Part shown: positions 26,277 to 33,939 of the stretch, one piece after another
How the letters are laid out: every line of letters starts with the position of its first letter
Position numbering within the stretch: the first letter of the stretch is position 1
Source of the DNA: an uncultured delta proteobacterium
Lineage (GTDB): Bacteria > Desulfobacterota > Binatia > HRBIN30 > BPIQ01
Assembly (NCBI GenBank): GCA_963761335.1
Contig: CAVXGR010000018.1
Coordinates: 832,001-896,000, forward strand
DNA: 64,000 nucleotides
Direction: 5' to 3'
Notes under the pieces: model-generated
Database searches by the model: none
Seen by the model: the letters and a program-made list of their open reading frames with translations, nothing else
Told to the model about the DNA's origin: nothing
Program-made: the position numbers and the translations under genes

Positions 26277-27254
26277 ATGACAGTTTGGATGGCTCGGGTG
26301 CTTGCGGTGGCGGCGGGGGCCCTTCTGGTAGGTGCCGGCGCAAGCTACGCGCAGCTCGCGCAGTGCGCAGGGGACGGATGCGTCAACGTCTCGGTTGTCA
26401 GTCCGGCGGGCGGCCCCTTTGCCGTGGGCGACACGCTCACTGTCGGGGTGAACTTCGCGCAGGGCACTGGAGACACTCCGCCCGGCGGACGCGGTGATGT
26501 CGCGGCGATTGCCTTCACTCTCGCCATTCCCAATCTGGAGCTCGCCGATTGCAGCAGCCCGGATGCGAATGGGCTCACCCCCGCGTTCGATGTGTCCTCG
26601 GTATCGGATACGTATCGGGTCGTGATCGAGAACACCCAGTGCGTCGATGCCACTCGGACCCCTCCGCTCGACCGCACGCATTGCCTGTGCCCGACGCGAG
26701 AGGGTGACACACGCGATCCGTTCATCAACGTGGTGGTGTTCGGCCCGAAGGATCTGCCGACCCCAGGGGCTGGATCCGTCACTATTCCTCCGCTGCCGGC
26801 GAGCGGCAAGCTGCTCGACGTCAACCTGAAGGTCTCCGCCGACGCCACCGGGACGAGCTCGGCGCTTCACCTCTACAACGAGGTGAGCGATGCCGCGGCA
26901 CCGACCTTCGGTGCGCTCCTGTCGATTGGCGACACCCAGGCGGTCGACGTCACCGGCTGCCGGGGGCCAGGCGAGAGCATATCCTCGTGCACCGATCGCT
27001 CCGGGCAGTCCAACGTGACCACAGTGGACGGCCAGGTCGCCATCACCGGCACCGTCTCCTCGTGCATCGGCGACTGCAACAACGATTGCGAGATCAGCCT
27101 CCTCGAGTTGCAGCAGGCCCTGAATTTCTTCGTCAGCGATACGGAGCCGACGACTTGCCCCTCGTACGGCTCTTCGGTCAGCTTGCTCAACCTTCAAAAG
27201 GCCCTCAACGTGTTTGTTGGCCTGAACGGGGTGTGTCCACAGCCCTGTCCCTGA
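26277..27254 (+). CDS. Secreted Cys-rich protein: cohesin-like beta-sandwich plus Cys-bracketed dockerin-like C-terminus
   Basis: SD GAGGAGGAG, signal peptide. Strands 'VGDTLTVGVNF', 'VAAIAFTL', 'GKLLDVNLKV', 'DGQVAI'. Tail 'CIGDCNNDCEISLLELQQALN...VSLLNLQKALN'. Confidence 0.7.
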   Translation: MTVWMARVLAVAAGALLVGAGASYAQLAQCAGDGCVNVSVVSPAGGPFAVGDTLTVGVNFAQGTGDTPPGGRGDVAAIAFTLAIPNLELADCSSPDANGLTPAFDVSSVSDTYRVVIENTQCVDATRTPPLDRTHCLCPTREGDTRDPFINVVVFGPKDLPTPGAGSVTIPPLPASGKLLDVNLKVSADATGTSSALHLYNEVSDAAAPTFGALLSIGDTQAVDVTGCRGPGESISSCTDRSGQSNVTTVDGQVAITGTVSSCIGDCNNDCEISLLELQQALNFFVSDTEPTTCPSYGSSVSLLNLQKALNVFVGLNGVCPQPCP

Positions 27255-27356
27255 TCGGAATTGCGGCTGAGAGAAACTTTCAACTTGGGCTTTGCAGGAA
27301 CCAGATTGCGACGGAGAGTCGGTTCTTCTAACCGTCACTCGAAGATGGAGGATGAG

Positions 27357-28220
27357 ATGAGAGCATTCAAGGTAGCGGCTTGGACACTTTTGGCGGCGGT
27401 TGTCTCTTGGGCGATGCCGGGCATCGCCGCGGCAACGGTGAGCCTTTCGGTTGGGGATGCTTCCGGACAGCCCGGGGACATGGTGACGGTCGTGGTGTCG
27501 CTGGCGAAGACGGGAAGCGAGAGTGTCGGGTCGATCGCGGGTGTGCTCAACTATCAGGCCAGCACTCCGATCGCGGCGAACGGCACCACGCCGGTTTGTC
27601 AGGCGCTCGTCACCGTGGATCTGAGCAAGTTCGGCTTCCTTCCCACCGGGTGCACGGCCGATTCGTCCTGCACCTCCGTGAAGGCGACTTTGCTCAATAG
27701 CGCCGATACGGCGGCGGGTGATGTGTTCCAGTGCACTGTGGCCATCGCCGCCGATGCGACCCCAGGATCCTACGATCTCATGCTGACCGGCGCATCGTTT
27801 ACCGACCCCGCAGGGACGGTGGAGACTCAGATCGACGACGCAACCGGCACCATCATGGTCTTGGCGCCGACCGAGACGCCGCTGCCGACGGAGACGAGCA
27901 CCATTACGGTGACGCCGACCGAGACCAACACGCCGGAAGCAACCAACACGGCACTGCCGCCGACCGAGACCCCGATTCCCGCGGATACGAACACGCCGAA
28001 CCCGACGGCGACCGTTCCCGCGGCGACAGCGACTCCGGTGAAGAGTTCCACGCCGCTCCCGACGGCTACCGTGCCCGTCAATCCGACGAGCACCGCCATA
28101 CCCCCGGGTTTCCTCGAGGATGACGGCTGCCAGATCAGTGCAAGCGGCGGCACCGGGAATCCGTGGCTGTTGCTGATTCCGGCTGCGGTTCTGATCGGAG
28201 TGCGTCGCCGGCGCCGCTGA
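27357..28220 (+). CDS. Cohesin-domain surface anchor protein (signal peptide, cohesin, Pro/Thr stalk, Cys-TM-Arg sorting tail)
   Basis: SD GGAGGA. Cohesin pattern 'LSVGDASGQPGDMVTVVVSL...VGSIAGVLNY...GDVFQCTVAIAADATPGSYDL...GTIMV'. Tail 'DDGCQISASGGTGNPWLLLIPAAVLIGVRRRRR'. Confidence 0.8.
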   Translation: MRAFKVAAWTLLAAVVSWAMPGIAAATVSLSVGDASGQPGDMVTVVVSLAKTGSESVGSIAGVLNYQASTPIAANGTTPVCQALVTVDLSKFGFLPTGCTADSSCTSVKATLLNSADTAAGDVFQCTVAIAADATPGSYDLMLTGASFTDPAGTVETQIDDATGTIMVLAPTETPLPTETSTITVTPTETNTPEATNTALPPTETPIPADTNTPNPTATVPAATATPVKSSTPLPTATVPVNPTSTAIPPGFLEDDGCQISASGGTGNPWLLLIPAAVLIGVRRRRR

Positions 28221-28253
28221 TCCACAAGAGCCGTAAGCTAACAGTCTACTCAG

Positions 28254-28281
28254 AAAGGGGGCCAGAAATGGCCCCCTTTTT
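28254..28281 (+). terminator. Rho-independent terminator
   Basis: AAAGGGGGCCA-GAAA-TGGCCCCCTTT followed by further Ts. Confidence 0.9.
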
Positions 28282-28326
28282 GCTTTCTATGTCAGGCTCC
28301 GGAGGACCCGCTCAATTCGCCCGCTC

Positions 28327-30519
28327 TTGATCTTTGCGCTTCTGCTGATCGGCATACCCAGTGCCGGAGCGCAGCCGTATTCGGCGGAGATGCTGCCGAT
28401 GGGGAGGGGGGTCTCCCCGATGGTGACGGCTACCCTGGGAGCCGGGGGCAGTACCCACAGACGCGCACTGTCAGCGGCATCGCCGCCGGTGAGCCCAGCG
28501 GCACCGGCGCTGGTGGCGGTGCTCTCCTCCGCGGAGGCCGTCCGCACGCTCACCGATGCCGGTGTTCCGGTGGCTGCGCAGCTCGGGCGCGCCGTGTCCA
28601 TCATCCGCGGCGACTCCGACGTCGTCGAGCGCCTCAGCCGCATCCCGGAGGTTCTCTCGGTAAGACTGCCGCAGATGCTGCGCCTCCAGCTCGACGTACC
28701 CGGGCAGGGCTATGGAGCGGTGAAGATCCAGCAGACAGAAGGCCTCAGCGGCGCCGGCACGCTCTTCGGTATCATCGACAGCGGTATCGACTACACGCAT
28801 CTGGACCTCCGCCACGCCGACGGAACCACTCGCATCAAGGCGCTCTGGGATCAGCTGGACACGAGCTACGCCGACTCCGGGGGCACCATCGGCAGCCCGC
28901 CGCCGATGAACCAGGATGGATCGCCCGGGCGGGGGACGGTCTACACGGAGGAGCAGATCAACACCGCCCTCGACGGCTCCGGTATCGTCAACAGTGTCGA
29001 TCTGGTCGGTCACGGAACCCTGGTCGCCAGCATCGCCGCCGGCAATGGTCAGGCGACGGGGGGAGGGGAACCGTCCGGTGTCTACCTCGGCGTCGCTCCG
29101 CAGGCGGATATCATCGCCGTGCGCGCTGGAGGCGTGGACAGATCGGACACCAACATCAATGGCGACGTCATCGGCGGCCTTCAATGGATCGACGGAATGG
29201 CCACGGCCCTGGGCGAGCCAGTGGTCGTGAACATGAGCTTTGGCGGTCAGGTCGGCGCACACGATGGCACCACGCCGGAGGAGATCGCCATCGATTCGTT
29301 CGCACAACGATCTGGCCGCGCGGTGTCGGTCTCGGCAGGGAACGACGGCACCCAGGCCATTCACGCCAGTGGCTCGACTCGCAACACGGCAACCCTCGAC
29401 GTCTTCTATAGCGGGCAGAGCCCCAGGATCGTGGTCGACTGCTGGATACCCGGCTCCGACATCGTCGATCTCGGCTTCACCGATCCGGATGGCGCGGGAG
29501 TCCTCGACGCCAACGTCGCCGAGGGCCTCTGTGCCGTCACGCGCGGCAGCGTCAACAAGGTGTCCACCTGTCTCGGTGCGCCGAGTGCGCTCAACGGGGA
29601 TCGTGAGGTGATCTTCTTGGTCGAGCCGCTGACCAACTCGACACCGATTTCCTCCGGCGATTGGAAGTTCTACCTGCGCGACGAGGGTGGGGTTCAGGAC
29701 GGGACCTTCGACTGCTGGGAAGCCTCCCTGGAGCCGTTCACCAGCAACGTCGATCGCAGGGTCACCATCGGGCAGCCGGGAACGGCCAGAGGCGCGATCA
29801 CCGCCGGAGCCTGGTCGGGGCGCAGCTCGTGGCCGAGTCTCCAGGGCGAGACCGTCAAGGAAGGGCTGACGATCGGGGCCTTGGCGGCGTTCTCCAGTGT
29901 CGGGCCAACGCGCGACGGTCGCTTGAAGCCGGAGCTGACGGCCCCCGGCGAGTGGGTCCTGGGCGCCTGGTCGATTGCCGACGGCAGCGGCTCCGGTATC
30001 GCCGCCGTTCCCCCGGACCCGACGCGGGTCGCATCCGACGGCGTCCATGTGGCCGCGCGCGGTACCAGCTTCTCCGCCCCACAGGTCGCCGGAGCGATCG
30101 ACCTGCTGTTCGAGCTCGATCCGTCTCTGACGGCCGCCGACCTGCGCTCTCTGCTGACGCAGAGCGCCAGCGCCGACGAGTTCACCGGAGACGTCCCCAA
30201 TGACGATTGGGGCTTCGGCAAGCTCGACGTGCAGCAGGCGATTGCCGTCCTGCCCACGGCGCTGGCGACCTCGCCTACGGTCGAGCCGACCTCGACGCCG
30301 ACGGCGACCTCGATCCCCGCGACTGCATCGCCCACCACCACCGCGACGCACACGCTCATCCCCTCGCCAACGGCCAGCCTTCCTCGGTCGTCGGGTGGCG
30401 GTGGGAGCGGGTGCGCCGTGCGCGGCTCGGGAGGGAGGGGTGGCGGCCCACTTGCCCTCCTGGCGGCGCTCGCCGCCGTGGGGATTTCGTTTCGCCGGCG
30501 ACGGCAAACGCAATCTTGA
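28327..30519 (+). CDS. Subtilisin-like S8 serine peptidase with mid-domain insertion, Pro/Thr stalk and Cys-TM-Arg sorting tail
   Basis: Triad 'GIIDSG', 'GHGTLVASIAAG', 'GTSFSAPQVAG', plus 'SAGNDG'. Tail 'GSGCAV...PLALLAALAAVGISFRRRR'. Start codon uncertain. Confidence 0.9.
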   Translation: MIFALLLIGIPSAGAQPYSAEMLPMGRGVSPMVTATLGAGGSTHRRALSAASPPVSPAAPALVAVLSSAEAVRTLTDAGVPVAAQLGRAVSIIRGDSDVVERLSRIPEVLSVRLPQMLRLQLDVPGQGYGAVKIQQTEGLSGAGTLFGIIDSGIDYTHLDLRHADGTTRIKALWDQLDTSYADSGGTIGSPPPMNQDGSPGRGTVYTEEQINTALDGSGIVNSVDLVGHGTLVASIAAGNGQATGGGEPSGVYLGVAPQADIIAVRAGGVDRSDTNINGDVIGGLQWIDGMATALGEPVVVNMSFGGQVGAHDGTTPEEIAIDSFAQRSGRAVSVSAGNDGTQAIHASGSTRNTATLDVFYSGQSPRIVVDCWIPGSDIVDLGFTDPDGAGVLDANVAEGLCAVTRGSVNKVSTCLGAPSALNGDREVIFLVEPLTNSTPISSGDWKFYLRDEGGVQDGTFDCWEASLEPFTSNVDRRVTIGQPGTARGAITAGAWSGRSSWPSLQGETVKEGLTIGALAAFSSVGPTRDGRLKPELTAPGEWVLGAWSIADGSGSGIAAVPPDPTRVASDGVHVAARGTSFSAPQVAGAIDLLFELDPSLTAADLRSLLTQSASADEFTGDVPNDDWGFGKLDVQQAIAVLPTALATSPTVEPTSTPTATSIPATASPTTTATHTLIPSPTASLPRSSGGGGSGCAVRGSGGRGGGPLALLAALAAVGISFRRRRQTQS

Positions 30520-30553
30520 CGCTCGGATGCCTGTCGAATAAGAACGGGAGCCC

Positions 30554-31801
30554 ATGGATCGAGGTGATCGCCGCGTGGTCGTCACCGGCATTGGCCTCGT
30601 GACCCCGCTCGGTATCGGCATTGAGAGGAACTGGGAAGGTCTGATGTCGGGCCGCTCGGGGATCGGCCCAATCACGCGTTTCGACGCAGCGAAGTTTCCG
30701 TCGCGTATCGCGGGAGAGGTGCGCGATTTCGACCCACAAACGTACATCGAGAAGCGGGAGATCAAGAAGATGGACCGCTTCGTCCAGATGTCCATGGCGG
30801 CGGCACAGATGGCTCTCGAAGACTCTCATCTGCGCATCGATCTGCCCGCCGCCCACCGCGTGGGCGTGGTTCTCGGCATCGGCATGGGCGGCATCGCCAC
30901 CATCGAGGAGCAGCTGTCGAACTTCATGCAGTTCGGATTGAAACGCATGTCTCCCTTCTTCATCCCGCGGCTGATCGCCAACATGGCGCCGGGGCAGATC
31001 GCCATCCACGTCGGCGCCAAGGGGACGAACTATGCGATCGTCAGCGCCTGCGCCTCTTCGGCGCACGCCATCGGCGAGTCTTTCCGGCTGATTCGCCATG
31101 GTTACCAGGACGCGATGATCACCGGTGGAGCCGAAGCCTGCATCACTCCGACCGGAGTTGGCGGCTTTGCCGTCATGCGCGCCCTCTCGACCCGCAACCA
31201 GGACCCCGAGCGCGCCAGTCGACCCTTCGATTTGAGTCGCGACGGGTTTGTCATCGCTGAGGGGGCCGCGATCCTCGTCCTCGAGGAGGCGTCTGCGGCG
31301 GATCGGCGCGGTGCGCCGATCTATGCCGAAGTGATTGGCTACGGCGCCACCGGCGATGCCTACCACATCACCTCGCCACCCACCGATGGCGACGGCGCAA
31401 TGCGCTGCATGCAGGAGACAATGGCAGATGCCGGAATCCGTCCGGCGGACGTCGATTACATCAATGCCCACGGCACCTCGACGCCGCACAACGACTCCGC
31501 CGAGACCACGGCGATCAAGGGTGCCTTCGGAGAGCACGCCTACCGCCTCGCCGTCAGCTCCACGAAGTCGCAGACGGGCCACATGCTCGGGGGCGCCGGT
31601 GGCGCCGAGGCGGCATTCACCGCTCTGGCGATCAAGAGGGAGATGATTCCGGCAACCATGAACTACGAGGTTGCGGATCCTTCCTGCGATCTCGACTACG
31701 TTCCCAACCACCCGCGCAGCGCGTCGTTGCGAATTGCCCTCTCCAACTCGTTCGGCTTCGGCGGAACCAACGCCTGTGTCGCCCTGCGCCGCTGGGAATA
31801 G
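30554..31801 (+). CDS. fabF: Beta-ketoacyl-ACP synthase II
   Basis: 'RRVVVTGIG', 'SACASSAHAIG', 'YINAHGTST', 'STKSQTGHMLG', 'SNSFGFGGTN'. Confidence 0.96.
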   Translation: MDRGDRRVVVTGIGLVTPLGIGIERNWEGLMSGRSGIGPITRFDAAKFPSRIAGEVRDFDPQTYIEKREIKKMDRFVQMSMAAAQMALEDSHLRIDLPAAHRVGVVLGIGMGGIATIEEQLSNFMQFGLKRMSPFFIPRLIANMAPGQIAIHVGAKGTNYAIVSACASSAHAIGESFRLIRHGYQDAMITGGAEACITPTGVGGFAVMRALSTRNQDPERASRPFDLSRDGFVIAEGAAILVLEEASAADRRGAPIYAEVIGYGATGDAYHITSPPTDGDGAMRCMQETMADAGIRPADVDYINAHGTSTPHNDSAETTAIKGAFGEHAYRLAVSSTKSQTGHMLGGAGGAEAAFTALAIKREMIPATMNYEVADPSCDLDYVPNHPRSASLRIALSNSFGFGGTNACVALRRWE

Positions 31802-31804
31802 TCT

Positions 31805-32776
31805 GTGGGCGCTGCAGAGCTCTTCGAGCGCCGCCTGCTGGTCGTCGTCGGCAAGGGCGGCGTCGGCAAGACCACGGTCGCTTCCGCGCTGGCGCTGGAA
31901 TCAGCCCACCGCGGCTTCCGGACGCTGCTCATCGAGGTGGACGGTGTTGGCCGCGCCGCTCAGCTCTTCGGGGTCGCCAAGCGGGATCCCGGGGAGGTGC
32001 AGGAGATCTCGCCGCATCTCTTCCTGATGGATGTCGACGGCAAGGCCGCTCTGTCCGAGTACCTGCTGTTGATCATCCCCGTCAAGCGCGTGATCCAGGG
32101 GGTGCTGGGCAGCCGCATCTATCAGTACTTTGTCGCCGCCGCCCCGGGCCTGAAGGAGCTGATGACCATCGGCAAGATCTGGTACGAGGCCGAACGCGTC
32201 GACGAGGGCAGCGGCAAGCGCCTCTGGGACGTGGTCGTCGTCGATGCTCCTGCGACCGGACACTCCCTCCAGTATCTCAGCATGCCGCAGGCCGCCCATG
32301 ATGCCTTCGGCGCGGGATTGGTGCGGCGCGAGGCCCAGCGCATCGTCGACGTTCTCCAGGATCCGAAGAAGACCGGGGTCATCTTCGTGGCGACGGCGGA
32401 GGAGATGCCGGTCAACGAGACCGAGGAGATGTACAGCCGCGTGCGTGACGAGCTGAAGCTGCCCGCCGTCATGCTGGTGGTCAATCGCGTCCATGAAGAA
32501 TCGGTGAAGCCGGCCGACGTGGAGCGCTTGGAGAGGGCGCTCGCCGGCGACAAGCGCAATCCGCACAGGGCCTTTCTCGAAGCGGTGGCGCGCCGCGGTC
32601 GCGAGGAGGTGGGCTGGATCGGCATCAATCGGCAGAATCTCGAGCGGCTGCACCAGACGGTCAGCCTTCCAACGGTGATCCTCCCCTTCCTGTTCACCGA
32701 GGAGTTCGGATTGCATGAGATTCACTTGCTGAGCGCTGCTTTTCGTTCCCCGGCCAACCGGCGGGCGGCGAAGTGA
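31805..32776 (+). CDS. ArsA/Get3-family ATPase (subunit 1)
   Basis: 'GKGGVGKTT', 'APGLKEL', 'VVDAPATGH', 'EEMPVNET'. Confidence 0.9.
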   Translation: MGAAELFERRLLVVVGKGGVGKTTVASALALESAHRGFRTLLIEVDGVGRAAQLFGVAKRDPGEVQEISPHLFLMDVDGKAALSEYLLLIIPVKRVIQGVLGSRIYQYFVAAAPGLKELMTIGKIWYEAERVDEGSGKRLWDVVVVDAPATGHSLQYLSMPQAAHDAFGAGLVRREAQRIVDVLQDPKKTGVIFVATAEEMPVNETEEMYSRVRDELKLPAVMLVVNRVHEESVKPADVERLERALAGDKRNPHRAFLEAVARRGREEVGWIGINRQNLERLHQTVSLPTVILPFLFTEEFGLHEIHLLSAAFRSPANRRAAK

Positions 32777-32780
32777 CGAG

Positions 32781-33890
32781 ATGAAGCACGGCCTTCGCGA
32801 GGTGGTGGCGCAGCACGAGGTGATTGTCTGCGCCGGCAGTGGCGGGGTCGGCAAGACGACCACGGCCGCAGCCATCGGGCTCTACGGCGCGCGCCAAGGC
32901 CGGCGCACGGTGGTTCTCACCATCGATCCGGCGCGACGGCTGGCCGACGCCTTGGGGGTGGGCACTCTGCATGCCGACGAGGAGTCGGTGGTGGAAACGC
33001 AGGGGAAGGGCTCGCTTTCGGTGATGATGCTGGATCAGAAGAGCGCCTGGGATGCGCTGGTCAATCGTCACGCTCCCTCGGAGGAGGTCCGGGACCGGGT
33101 TCTCGCCAATCGCTTCTACCAGCATCTGTCCCAGACCTTCGCCGGCTCACAGGAGTACATGGCGATCGAGCAGCTGTGCGAGCTGCAGTCGAGCGGGCGC
33201 TACGATCTGATCGTCATCGACACGCCACCGACCCGTCATGCGCTCGACTTCCTCGAGGCGCCGCGTCGCCTGGCGGATTTCCTCGATCGCCAGGTGATCA
33301 AGTGGTTCGTGCGTCCCTACTTCTCGGCCGGCTGGGCCACCATGCGATTCATGAATCGCACCGCCAGCTTTCTGCTGCGGCGACTGGAGGACGCCACCGG
33401 GGTATCGGTTCTCGTCGAGATCTCGGATTTCTTCACCGCCATGAGCGGCCTTTTCGAAGGCTTCCAGGAGCGTGTCGATCGCGTCTACAAGATGCTCCAG
33501 GCGAAGGAGACCGCCTTCGTGCTGGTCGCCAGTCCCGAGGAGCAGGTTCTCTGCGAAGCCGAGTACTTCTGCGGCAAGATGGCCGAGCTGCACATGCCGC
33601 TGCGCGCCGTCGTCTTCAACCGCACACACGACGAGTTCGACGGAGATGGTGAGGGCAGGGCCGCCGCCGCGGCCGAGCTCACGGCGCTGCTGGACGAGAC
33701 TTCCGCCAAGCGTCTGCTGGCGAACTTCGATCGCTACGAGACCCTGGCGCGCGGAGACGTGGTCCGTATGGAGTCATTCCGCCGGGAGATCCGCAAGCGC
33801 CTCGCGGTCGTCGAGATTCCCAACTTCGACTCGGATCTGCACGACGTCAGCGGCCTCGAGCGCATGCACCCGTATCTGTTCGACGGCTGA
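32781..33890 (+). CDS. ArsA/Get3-family ATPase (subunit 2)
   Basis: 'GSGGVGKTT', '[13 protein letters not shown]', 'GSQEYMAIE', 'DTPPTRHALDFL'. Confidence 0.9.
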   Translation: MKHGLREVVAQHEVIVCAGSGGVGKTTTAAAIGLYGARQGRRTVVLTIDPARRLADALGVGTLHADEESVVETQGKGSLSVMMLDQKSAWDALVNRHAPSEEVRDRVLANRFYQHLSQTFAGSQEYMAIEQLCELQSSGRYDLIVIDTPPTRHALDFLEAPRRLADFLDRQVIKWFVRPYFSAGWATMRFMNRTASFLLRRLEDATGVSVLVEISDFFTAMSGLFEGFQERVDRVYKMLQAKETAFVLVASPEEQVLCEAEYFCGKMAELHMPLRAVVFNRTHDEFDGDGEGRAAAAAELTALLDETSAKRLLANFDRYETLARGDVVRMESFRREIRKRLAVVEIPNFDSDLHDVSGLERMHPYLFDG

Positions 33891-33939
33891 GACGACCCCG
33901 GGAGCGCCGCCAGCTTGGAAAAGTTGCCTGTCCCCGCCC

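Noticed and set aside
24800..28220. True cellulosome
   Set aside because: No glycoside hydrolase or CBM3 recognisable in the window and only single cohesins; retained instead as a non-cellulolytic cohesin-dockerin system.
31805..33890. Arsenic resistance operon
   Set aside because: No arsB/acr3/arsC/arsR, and not the duplicated two-domain ArsA architecture.
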